Below are positions 27,301 to 38,676 of a stretch of DNA of 64,000 bases, one piece after another (position 1 is the first letter of the stretch; every line of letters starts with the position of its first letter). The position numbers and the translations under genes were made by a program. The notes under the pieces are model-generated. The model saw nothing but the letters and a program-made list of their open reading frames with translations. It was not told the DNA's origin and searched no databases. This stretch comes from Welwitschia mirabilis. Its lineage: Eukaryota. The DNA is taken from assembly GCA_051453625.1 (NCBI GenBank), contig JBOZIK010000001.1, positions 284,883 through 348,882 on the forward strand. Direction: 5' to 3'.

Positions 27301-30213
27301 GAGTTATACAAGGTTTAAAACTAAATTTAAGGATGAGTTATACAAGGTTGTAATTAATAGTAAAAGAATTAAGAACTTGGTTTCTAATGAGGTAGTAAAA
27401 AAGTTAAACTTATGAACATATTACATCTGATACCATATCAAATCTCTTAGTTGTAGAAGGGGTTCCATGTTACAGTTATAGAGTAATGTTTCATAACTTT
27501 AAAATCAATAAGTTTAATGATTAAGCTCATTATGATATTGTTCTTATGGATTCTTATCATCTATTATTGGGTAGACCATGATGATATAATACTATGTACA
27601 TGCATAATAATGAGACAAATACTTGTATTATATCTAATAAGCATGAAAAGATACTTGAGCTTTGCCACATCTAAAGAAGGTTCTAGAACATAAGATAAGT
27701 GCATGCTTCTTGTAAGAAAGAAGGGGTTATAAGAAATAAAATAAGAAGGCTATAACATGATAATGATGTCACAGGTGTCTTTGGAGTAGTAATCAAAGGA
27801 GTATGTAATGAAGGCAAAAAGATGTATTGAAATATGTTAAAATTATTTTTATTAATAATTTATCTTCTAATTTAACATCTATAAGGAGAATAAACCACTA
27901 GATAGATCTAGTTATTAGTGCTTTGCTCCCAAACAAATCACTGTATAGAATGACATCACATAAAAAAGAAGAGATAAGTAGATAAGTATAGGAGTTTGTA
28001 AACAAGGAATTAATAGAAGAAAGTTGATTGTCATGTTACATTCTAATAGTGTTAACTTCACCACAAAAAAAAAAAATAATAAGTTGTGCATGTGCATAAA
28101 TTTAACAGTGATCAATAAGATAACTATAAGATATGGCTTTTCTATGCCCTGCATGAATGACATTCTAGATTACTTTATGGGTGCATCTATTTTTTTAAGG
28201 CATACTTAAAAAGTAGATGCCATAATATTTAAATCCAAGAGGGAGATGAATATAAGACAACTTTCAAGATACTAGATGAAATATGTGAATGTTTGGTAAA
28301 GCAATTTCGATGGTTGAACATTTTAAGTACATTCATGAGGTCACAAATTTCTAAGGGATCAATGAGGAAAAACATATGATAGAAAAAACACTTTAAAGAC
28401 ATGGATAGATATTGTGAGTTGAATAAAACCTATGAACTATTAAATAGATCATACCAAACATTTATAAGAATGTGTAGCAAATGGTATAAACTTTTTTTAC
28501 ATGTTAAGATGCAAACTGAGAATCAATAAATGCAAGATTATATAAGCCATTACCAGTTCTAGCAAAGCCATAATAGAACCTGCGTATGAACTTCATTTTG
28601 AGAGATTACATCATTTCAAGAGAACTTGATTCCATCATAGTGGTGGGTAAATAAATTTAGCAAGATGAAAAGTTTATTCATTATACTACGAGAACTAATG
28701 CTCATAAATTACTATGTTATTTTTTAGAGAGATTATAATTTTTTTTGAATTACCAAAGATAATAGCTTTAGATAGGGATGTCAATTTGATTTCTAAATTT
28801 TAGAGGAGTTTTTGATGCATAATGGACACTAAGTTATAGTATTCTTTATCATATTATCATAGATAAATGAATTGATAGAAGTGATGAATCATAGCATTGG
28901 AAGCTTATTATAATACCTTTGTGAAGATAAGCCAAATAAGTGGAAGAATTACTTATTGCATGTAGAATTTTATTATAATAATTCAATGAATAGGAATATA
29001 AGAGAATCACTATTTGAGGTGCTATATGGATATCACTTAGGGATGTCAAATATGTTGCATGATATGCTAGAATCTTTAGCAAAGATAGAGGACTATCCAA
29101 AAATAATTTTAGAGCTTCATGAGTATGTGGAGCAAGCTTTGAAAGCATCAAACTTTAAGGCTAAGGAGACAATAAAGAAGCATAGCAAACATGTAAAGTT
29201 TGATAAGGGTAACATGGTAATGGCATGCCTATGAAAAAAAATATTTCCTATAAGATCCTGTAATAAGATCAAGTAGTAGAAGATTGTTCTATTTAGAATT
29301 TTGAAGAAGATTTCATCAAATGCTTACTAGTTGGATCTTCTAGAGAATAGGGTATTCACATACATTTAATGTTGCTAACTTATTGAAGCACCATTACAAC
29401 ATATAAAGAATCAATCTTAGATTATGGAGTTGTAGAAAGTAAACAAAGATAAGCAAGATGGTAGATGAGAAATCAATGATTCTTGAAAGACACAAGAAAT
29501 AGATGCATAAAAAGTGTACAAGAAGTATCAAGTGTAGTTACTAGAAGATTATCTATAGGATGCAATTTAGATTATAGAAGACAACTAATTGTGAATAGAT
29601 TATAGAAGCCTGAAAAAGAAGAAATACCTTTTCTATTACAACTCACTTTCAAGAAAGGGAGAATGATGTAAGAGAATACTTAGAAAATAAAAATAAGGAA
29701 TGTGTTTTAGATACAAGTCTATTTGCTAAGGTTTTAGTGTGCTTATGTGGAAAATCAAATCCAACATGTGTAATTACCATGTAGGAATGAATATCCATTT
29801 AATTTAGCATGTTTAGAGGGAATCTAAGTGTAATAAATATGTTATGTTTAGAGGAATATGTGTGTAAGGAATAGGCTATGTTTGAAAACTATTTATGGTA
29901 AAAGATGTAAGAGGATAATATTAGAGAATACCTTCATGATTATGATTCCTATTGAAGCCTTATAAGTGGACAAAAGTGGTAGGCATAGGATAAGCCTTTT
30001 AGAGGCCACTATAAAAGAGAATTTGCAAAAGCTTGGCTAGATGTGATTTCAGTTTGTAAGCTTGTACTTTCTATGGCATTAATATAAAGTAATTCTTTCA
30101 TTTCCGTTAATACTTTTTTTTACCTATATAACTTCTTTTTTCTTTTCTATTCCTTACTAAATACACAATTCCAAAGGTGCTCTTGGGATCTTTGTTGTCT
30201 TTACTCTACACCA
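24367..30213 (+). mobile_element. Full-span degenerate Ty3/gypsy chromovirus, CRM-like (LTRs 24367-24938 and 29664-30213)
   Basis: Paired LTRs starting TGATG and ending CA. Eroded Met-i PBS tagcatcagagt at 24941. PPT aagaaagggagaa before 29664. Protease YDIVLMDSYHLLLGRP (cf. CDVVPMDACHILLGRPW). RT LCMCINLTVINKITIRYGFSMPCMNDILD. Integrase DRDVNLISKF, VEFYYNNS...LFEVLYG, FDKGNMVMACL. Confidence 0.85.
27280..27348. repeat. 34-bp tandem duplication inside the gypsy element
   Basis: tttaaaactaaatttaag(a/g)atgagttatacaagg x2. Confidence 0.85.
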
Positions 30214-30685
30214 TGGAACACTTATTCTTTGTTCAAGACATTATGGGTTTAAACCTTTAGATGTCTTATTGGCATAGTATAAGGTCATGTACATAATTAA
30301 ATTATCTGTTTGGGTGCGTGTAGTGGTAATAATTTTGGATAAAGTTATAACCACTAAAAGTTTTGAGTTTAACATCTTACTATAAATGAAAAAAATTTAA
30401 TGTTAGAGAGTGACTTAAGAAAACTTGAATAAATAATTATGTCATTTAATAAGAATCCATCAAATTCTTCTCTTTTTTTTTTCACTCAACTACTAGGGGG
30501 AATATCAAATTAAAACTTTTAGTGGCTGAATCTACCCCTAGTATTATAACCACCAAAATTTCCCAAATGAATTATTTAATTATGCCTAGGATCACATGAA
30601 TATGTGCCAAGTAGCACATAAGAAAGTTTGAGCTCACAAACTTCTAAATGGAAACAAATCTTCCACAAGTTGAACTTCCATCCCC
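30214..30685. mobile_element. Foldback/MITE-like element with long degenerate inverted arms (Mutator-like)
   Basis: ccactaaaagtttt (30351) pairs with aaaacttttagtgg (about 30512-30525). cataattaaa..at...tttggg pairs with cccaaa...at..tttaattatg. Pairing extends outward to about 30214/30665. Confidence 0.6.
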
Positions 30686-32152
30686 TTGGTTGACTTATCT
30701 ATTATGAATATGTATAAAACAAATGTCCCATAAGTTGAACTATCATTCCATCCCATTATTTTATTTATCTATTATGAATATGTATAAGACAAAACAAATC
30801 AAATTATTATTTCATGGATGAAAACATACGTAAATGAGTAATGGAATTAGTAAGAGTGTGATTGTCTTCTAAGTTAGTTATTGTAAAATTGATTAATTTT
30901 CATAAAGCATTATTTTTTCAATATTTGCCTATACATTCTTAAAGTTGCATATTCACATGGATCTTTTACATCTATGTTCCAAAGATAACACATTCTTAAA
31001 TCTCATGCCTTATTTAAAGCATATAAATTAGAATGAGACCTTAACACTATTTCCATTTCTTCTTATGATAGTTAACAATGATAGATAAGAACCGTTAAAA
31101 CATTATAACATACTTTGAAAATAATAGTATTTAAATATTTTGTTTTCCTCAAATATACATGTGGTGGAGTTAGACATCGACCTTAATTTGCAACTTGCAA
31201 CTAGAGTAGCAATACCCTTTCCCTTTCTTCTCTATTCAAATCCCAATTTTTCCAACAAGTGTTAAAACCTTCGTCTTTTGTTTCTAATCCCCAATATTAT
31301 TATTAACTATTTTTCCTTTTCGATGTATATTAAGAGTGACTTTTCACAAATTAGCTATAATTTAATGTCTTCCTTCTTCATGATAGGGACACTCTTGTAT
31401 TATTTATAGAATATTGTAGTAAAGAAAAAGTCTATTCAACATGGATGACATGAAAAGTTGTCTCATTACAACCATGTTGGATAGATAATAGAGACATTTG
31501 AGTTATCACTTTAATAGAATTGATGATTAATGGGTACAATACCATATCATTCTTAAGTGAAAAATGAAATGACTTATAAAGTTTGTGGTAAAAGATTAGT
31601 AGGGAATGATGTTATGTTTCACCCATAGTACAAGCTTGTCCATTAGCACTTATATTATTGTCACCACAAATAATATAAGGTAGAACCATCAAAAGGGATT
31701 TTCACTTTTCGCTGATGAATTTGTTTTATATTGAAAGTTAGGAGACAATGAACTTTAGCCTTTAAAAAATGATTTTGCAAGGATTCCATAAAGACATCCG
31801 TACATTTACCCCACTGAAACCAAAGGCATACTTTGTCACCTTTTTCCTGGAACATCATTATCCTTACACAAACATTCTCTTCCACATAAAAAGTATATCC
31901 TTACCATGTATATTATAAAATATTTTTTTAGATAATGGTGGTGAGGTTTTGTTTTATTAAGACCTCTCCTCTCAATTCGATTCTGTAAGGATTTAAACTC
32001 CTAACCAGAGGGATACCTTTTTGAATTAAAGGGAAGTGGTATAGCATTGTCCCTGGGCACTAGTAATGCAATGCTAATACACCTCTAAATTTGGAGTTAT
32101 TAAAAAACAAATGCAATTACAGTGCTATTTTAAGGTGACAAAAAAATCCAAG

Positions 32153-32158
32153 TTTATT
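32153..32158 (-). terminator. Candidate polyadenylation signal AATAAA of the PME gene
   Basis: AATAAA on the minus strand about 250 nt past the stop codon, near the edge of the GC-richer genic island. Confidence 0.4.
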
Positions 32159-32411
32159 CTGAAAGACTACAATAATTTGATGACAAGCAATCAGACAATT
32201 GCTTGAAAGAAGAGCCAGAAGGCACCAAAAGGTGGCAGAGCAGAGCCAGCTTCATCTCATTTTATGGGATGAAGGTCATCAAACTAGGGTTTTATGTAGG
32301 GTGGTCCTGCACCCTTACTTTCTTGCTCTGCTAATCTTGTCAGGATGACACGGTGATGAATGAATGCTCACCAAACAAACAAACAAACAATTTCGGAAGC
32401 GATGAGATGAA

Positions 32412-32559
32412 TCAGAGGCTGATCCATTCCTCTCCATCCACAAAGTCCAGACTTATGAAGGGTTTCGCTTCCTGATCCGAGAGCTCCCTGCACCATGACA
32501 CTCTCCCTGCAAAACTTGCACCCGGCCCTGTGCACTTGTACTGTCCGAAGAACACCGTC
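32412..32559 (-). CDS. PME53: PME exon 5 (stop)
   Basis: acceptor atcag|[52 protein letters not shown]. Confidence 0.93.
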
Positions 32560-34672
32560 CTGATCAACGCATTCAAGGTTTTTTTGCAAAATTTTATCAG
32601 AAAGCTGCCTTCCAGACGATTCAGATTGTACCCACAACCACTGTAAAATTTACAGTCTCGGCTAAAACCCTAAATGCAATGTACTTTCTGAGCCAAAAAT
32701 TGTAAAACCCTTATAATTTGAAAGCTAAAACCTTAAAATCCATCATAATGGTAAACATAAGACAAAACCCTAAATTTTTTCACAATTTAAAATTAAAACT
32801 AAAATATTCCGGTGACTTTATGATTATGAGTTCAATTCTCCAAAAAAATCTTAAAAAAAAGCTTAAGCTTTTCAACATAAAGTATTGCCAGAGAGAAAAT
32901 TACATACCATGTAAAACTTCAACAATAAAACAATTAAGAAATTTGGTGCAATATGAGACAGCGTATCAAGAATGTTGGGAGAAGTTCAATAATGCTTGGA
33001 GCAATTAAAGAAATGTATGGAGAATGTTGGGGACAATTTAGGATAATGTATTGACTTACAGGTGCCTGGAATGGTCTCCCCAATCATACCAGCCCTTGGG
33101 CAGTATTATCTTGTCCATGAAAGTGTATGCAAAAACCACCCTTGAGAAAGTGCCCCATGCCCTGCCCAGATAGAGGGCACCGGAGCCTGTCACTTTGCAC
33201 TTGAGAAAGGAGAATCCTGTTGCCTCCATCACGCTTTCCCTCTTCTGTGCGGTCAGAGCCCCATAGGTGGCGGATATGGCATGCAGATGGCACCCCTGCA
33301 CACACTCACAGACATCACTTATGGTGTATTTCCCTGAGTGTATTCCAACAGGTTTCAGAATTTTCTGGTTTTAGCATACCTCATAGAGAGAGAGACCATT
33401 TCCAAAGATGAAGTCAACAGAGCCCTCAATGTAGCAGTCCTTGAAGTAATGCCGGCCAATGTGATCATAAAGAGTGTCCTGGGCACCCAAGAATTTGCAG
33501 CCCAGAAAAGCAGCTGTGTCACCTGAGATCCTGAATGCCACTGCCTGCTTGCCGATGGCCCCTGAGGGTGGGCATGGCGAGGTGTTCTGGGCGGAGGATT
33601 GATGCCACAGGCATTAGCTGCAGAGAGAGAAAAGTGGGGAGAAATAAGACAAAAGCAGAAGCTGTATGTACCTTGAAGGTGATGTTTTTGGCAATGAAGT
33701 AGGGGGCATTTACTGCAACTGTTGCGGAAAAATAGGTGCCCATGGGCTTGCCGTTGGGCCCCCTCGTTCCGGCATTGTCACCCCACTGTATCACGGTCTT
33801 GTCAGCACCCGCGCCCTCGAATGTCACAAAGGCCTTGGTCGCTGGCACATCCACTTTCTCACTGAAACATTTGAACCATCCAAAAAACCATCATTAGGAA
33901 ATCACCAATGAGGGCTCATCGACAACAAATGTTGCACAACCCATAACACAAAATCACCATCTAATCTTCATTAAACCACCAATGCAAAACTCCAGATTAA
34001 TCACAAAACAAAGTCATCTTTCACTCTCACCCGAGACAAAGAAAAGGATAACCTGCAACCAATTCCATACCACCCATTACAGAATATGACCATTTACTCT
34101 CACCCAAAACCCAAAAAGCAAAACCCCCAACACCAAATCACAAATCACAGTCAACAAAATGGCTCAAATCCTGCAACCAAAATCAGAAGGTTTTTCGGAG
34201 CCTGGAAGCACAGAAACAGACTACTGAACCTTCACCTCAAGAAACACAAAACCAACAGAAGCTAAAACAGAGCAGACTGCATTCTCCTGACTTACTTGTA
34301 CACCCCTGGCCCAATTTTGATGACAACTCTCAGTATATTGATGAAGGGCAAAGAGTCCACTGCTTGCTGCACAGAAGTGAAGTCTGCAGCACCAGGTTTC
34401 TTGCTCACGGTTATGTAGAAAGACGGCAAAATGTTGTTTCTTGCAATGCTGAAGATGGAATGCTTCAGGCTTCCCATTTCTCTCACCCACCTCATGAACG
34501 CGTCCTCTATGCTTTTCCTGTTTGGGCCAGCTGTTGGGCTCCTGTGCCTCTGGTGGGCTGGTCTCTTGGCCTTGGCCTTCATCACACTGCACACTGAAGG
34601 CAATGCCAATACTGCCAGTGCTAATGTCAGCGCAAAGAAAACAGAGAAAGCCTGTCTCCCTCTTGTTTTCAT
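32412..34672 (-). CDS. PME53: Pectinesterase (pectin methylesterase, group 1/type II without PMEI pro-domain), PME53-like; join(34672..34296,33861..33672,33586..33380,33295..33060,32559..32412), 1158 nt, 385 aa
   Basis: Manually spliced ORF with GT-AG at all four introns and consistent phases. N-terminal hydrophobic signal peptide. PME motifs [52 protein letters not shown]. The segment [23 protein letters not shown] and the C-terminus [17 protein letters not shown] recall Arabidopsis PME53 (orthology from memory, not a search). Confidence 0.93.
33060..33295 (-). CDS. PME53: PME exon 4
   Basis: acceptor tgcag|[11 protein letters not shown]...LYLGRAWG...[11 protein letters not shown], donor CT|gtaagt. 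Confidence 0.94.
33380..33586 (-). CDS. PME53: PME exon 3 (catalytic QDTL and DFIFG motifs)
   Basis: acceptor ccag|[26 protein letters not shown]...GAQDTLYDH...[12 protein letters not shown], donor GAG|gtatgc. Confidence 0.94.
33672..33861 (-). CDS. PME53: PME exon 2
   Basis: acceptor tttcag|[19 protein letters not shown]...AKNITFK, donor AAG|gtacat. Confidence 0.93.
34296..34672 (-). CDS. PME53: PME exon 1 (ATG, signal peptide)
   Basis: [29 protein letters not shown]...IKIGPGVY; donor AA|gtaagt at 34295. Confidence 0.9.
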
Positions 34673-34988
34673 TCCTGCAGATATTTCAAACAGAGCCCTT
34701 TTTCAAGCAATTCAATGCAGACCTAGGAAGGCCGAAGAGGATGCAAACCTTTGATCAAAGAGAGACTGCTACCCACAATCCCAAGGAGCTGATACGGTGC
34801 ATTTGCAGGAATTTTAGTGGTTTTTCATGTTGTGGAGGGAGGTCAGTTGGGGCCCTTTTTTCATTCCAGAAAGAAATATTCTATTTGATTAGGAAACTCA
34901 CGGGAAGGAAAGAGGCAAGCAATTGCAGTCAGGCTGGACTAGCGAATGAATGGATGTCATGGGGGAGGCAGCATCAGCCCGTGAGCCC

Positions 34989-35043
34989 TTTCATTGCTCT
35001 GAAATACATCATGTTTTTCACTGCTCTGAAATACATCATGTTT
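34989..35043. repeat. 27-bp tandem duplication upstream of the PME ATG
   Basis: tttcattgctctgaaatacatcatgtt / tttcactgctctgaaatacatcatgtt, one mismatch. Confidence 0.9.
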
Positions 35044-35949
35044 TGGGTGGGCTCCAACTCCATCTCCATTTGCATCTCAACTTCATTATTCACCGTTGTA
35101 TGCATAAGTCCAATAGGTATTTATTTATGGGACCTTTTATTTTTTTCCCCTCACTTTGAAAGTACCATGAAATGTATGACATCTTCTACTTTTGCTTGTC
35201 ATTTCCTCTACGCACTCCTCACTCCTCAAAACCCACTTTTCCATGTTGGTATGGCTTATCACCTTTGGTCTTGCATGTGCGCGCCTCAATTTTACTATGT
35301 AAACAATGATCTATCTCTAAGGATTACGTGCCTTCCTCACATTTCTATCGTGGAGAACAAAATCGATATCTGAAGATAGGCATTCATTAGGGCAAATAAC
35401 ATCAATTTTTAGGAATAAACGAATCATTTCTTAGGAATAAGGACTACTATGCCTAGAATCTATAAACCCCGATTCAATTAGAGCTACTCTACCGAATCAA
35501 AAATGGTTTTGATGTATGAAATCTATGAACTCGAAATTGAAAAAGGCAAGTATTTTAGGTACTACCCTTAACCAATGCTTTCATGTTTTTCATAATCATT
35601 CTATCATAAGCTCTGCAGTCATATATTAAAATATTTAAATGTTAATAGGAGATTATCTACATTAATAGGGTGAAAAGGACAAGTAGATATATTTTGTTCT
35701 TTTTTAAGTGTCCGATTGTTTAAATTGATAACAATTGATTACACATCTCAAATATGCAACTATTTGGCATTACCACTTTAAAGATTCTAAAACTAAAATT
35801 GGTATTTTATTACATCTAGAAAAAGAACCATAGATCTATTAGATAGGATTAACATATCTATTAAAATTTTGTAGAAGAACTTCAATGAAATATCCTAAAG
35901 CAATTATAGCTAACTACAATAGATCATTTAATATGGAAACTTAAATTGC

Positions 35950-37900
35950 TCGTTTACATCTCAAAAAACTAGCAAGAGGACAATCAAGGTAAATTTTTTG
36001 TTTGCTCTCTACATTCGAATAGAGATGTTAAAGCACTTTACTTTCTACCACGAAACACATGTTCTTTATCCCACATTGTAAATCTTAGAACTTGATGTTC
36101 CATTATTTTAATCATTCTTTCCCTTTACAAAACCATCTTTATCTTGTGTAGCTTCCAAGATTCCTTTTCACAATATCGTAACTAGTGTATTTCTTGTCCT
36201 TAACACATAAGCAATAAACTAAAGAATTTCTTTAACTTCCAGTGGAAGGATGTTTGATTCAAACTGTAGAATACAAAAAGGGATCTAAGACTTAACCTAA
36301 AATTTAGAAGTTAAAAAATGATTTTGGACTATTTTAAGTTGCTTTCACCAATTTTTTTAACCAACCTTAATCCCCATGTTGCATAACCATAGAGTATTAT
36401 TAACCTTACAATAGTTTGAAACAACTATTTTGTTGCTTTTCAAACTCAAATACCTACCTTTTACATTTATTTGGTAGTTCATACAAAGCTTTTTTTCCCT
36501 TACTATTATTCTTTTCTAGACACATTTGTTCCAGTTGTAGTTATGGAAGCAATGGAGACCTAAATATTTATGATCAATTGGCTTGTTATAAAGCTTAAAA
36601 TCATGACTAGTATTTCTAATACCACAACATAGAATCTTGATTTTGGTAACATTTATCTTTCTAGCACTAATTATATGAAAATCATTTTCTACTTGTAGCA
36701 TTTATTGCACAATTTTCTTTGCTATACATATTAAGGTTGCATCATCAACAAAGAGGAGGAGATGGACAATAAAATATCTAACTTGAACTGAATTTTCCAG
36801 AGGCACCTTTTGCATCCACTCTTCTAATTGGTTTATGAAAATGTCAAATAAAGTAGGAGAAAGTGGGAAGCCCTGCTTCACTCCAATTTCATTATGAAGT
36901 TTAATGAAAATTTTTAACTCATTATCTTTCATTTTAGTAATGACATCTTTGTATAACCTATGAATTTCTACAATTAGGTTAGAAAGAATGTTAAGATTCA
37001 CCAACCATTGCCAAAGTAATACATACAAGTAACTAAATAATCAATGGTGGAGTAATTCTATTGAAGTCATCTCTTATTATCCACTTATTTTCCAAGTCTT
37101 TTTTCTAAATTATTGCTTAATAATTTAGCAAAAATATTTCTTATAACAATAATACTATAGTTAATTAAGTCTATATCTTCTTTTGTGAAAATCATCACAG
37201 ACTTACTAGTCTCTCATTTTTCATTCAAGCCTTCCTTTAAAGCTTTGTTGAATAATTTCCAAATTCTTACAAAAGTATGCCTCTCCATTTTATGATTTTT
37301 GCATCTAGTCCATCTACGTTCATTACTCTACTTATAGCTAGTCACTCAATTCCCTTCATAACCTCCTTAAGAGTTAACTAAATAGGGTTATCTAGAGTTC
37401 TTATATCTATTGAATCTCCTTCATGTGAAAAAAATTTCTTAAATATATTGAATTTCTATAAGGGAAAAGATTTGTTCTTTTGATCCTTGACAATTCAAAA
37501 CCTTTTAAAATTCCTTGGATTTTTTAATCATATGTATAAATCATTACTATTAAGTTGCAAAAATAGCTTTCTTCTTATTTCTAATTAATCATTTAGAGGC
37601 CTTTATCATTTTATCCTTCTATTCTAATGATTGAACCTCTTTAATAGCTAGCACAACATTGCTACATTCAGTATGAACTAATTGCTTTCTAGGCATTAAT
37701 TTTTTAGTTCACAAAATGTGTAGGGTTGTATGTAAAAAAAATCAACCTAATGTTTTTATTTTGTAAGTTTTCTTGCTATGGTTTTTATACATTTCTTTCA
37801 TACTATTCTCTAAATTCTACTAAAAGTTACTTTTAGATTTTATAAGAAACTCTCTTCTCAAGTAATGAGCTTATTGGAATTCGAAATTCTAAGGGATGAC
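35950..37900 (-). mobile_element. Degenerate non-LTR retrotransposon (RTE/RTE-X-like RT)
   Basis: ORF 36702..37028 contains GVKQGFPLSPTLF and LLLFVDD. KINVTKIKIL and HKYLG in 36516..36701. C-terminal HLYS/LFEC-like zinc-knuckle trace at about 36010-36060. Confidence 0.75.
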
Positions 37901-37949
37901 ATGGAGATTCCACCACTCCCTTTTTAACTTGAAATTTGTGTATGCATTT

Positions 37950-38676
37950 TATACTCTTACGAGTAACCAAAAAGATATTAATACATGAGTTACCTTAATG
38001 TTCTAAAATTTGGAAAACATATCATTTCATTCAGAATAAAGAAGATGTTATATGAAATAAAAGTAACACTTATATCATAGTACCAAAAAATTAATGAATT
38101 TCGTCACTTAGAATTCACAAAATATAGTTCATATTCATATGAACTAAACTCCATGAAACTTATTAAAAAGCAGTAATATACTATATGTAGATGATATAAT
38201 AATCATACAAAATTAAGGACACTCTTAGTTGGAAGTTTGAAATATTAGATTTGGAATTCTTGGATTACTTCTTTTATTTTCCAATTGATAAAATAAATTA
38301 TCAAATAGTAATACATCAATTTTAACATATCATGAAAATTATAGAAGTCTAATTACTTGAAGATTGTAGAAGAAGAAATATCCCTATGAAACCCATAACA
38401 TAATTCAAAACTAAGGAAGNNNNNNNNNNNNNNNNNNNNNNNNNNNNNNNNNNNNNNNNNNNNTTGATATTACATTTTATCTAGAGTCATGTATAAACCT
38501 AAAAACCCTCAATAAAATTAGCAATTAATATGCTTAAGTGCATTTTTTTAACCATGAAACATGGATATATCTTTGCAAGGAATAAGAAGGATTTAATTGG
38601 TTATACAAATGTAGCTTGGATATGATCTAAAATTCCTACTTTAACTATAACATTCTTAATAGAATTAAAGTTTTAC
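37950..38676 (+). mobile_element. Old Ty1/copia RT C-terminus (left part, interrupted by a nested element)
   Basis: DLIGYTNVAW at about 38590-38620 (cf. LxGYSDADWA). Confidence 0.55.

Noticed and set aside
31435-31482. Small imperfect hairpin ttcaacatgg...ccatgttgga as a miRNA precursor
   Set aside because: The stem is too short and mismatched; more likely a MITE relic or chance.
32368-33911. Several alternative-frame or antisense ORFs over the PME exons
   Set aside because: Shadows of the spliced PME coding sequence.
35115-35335. TATA-like cataaataaata and ACGT-core site upstream of PME
   Set aside because: Short common motifs with no transcription start information; not supportable.
34522-35373. 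283-aa plus-strand ORF antisense to PME exon 1 and its upstream region
   Set aside because: No recognisable domain, non-ATG start, and it overlaps a real gene in GC-richer DNA where chance ORFs are longer.
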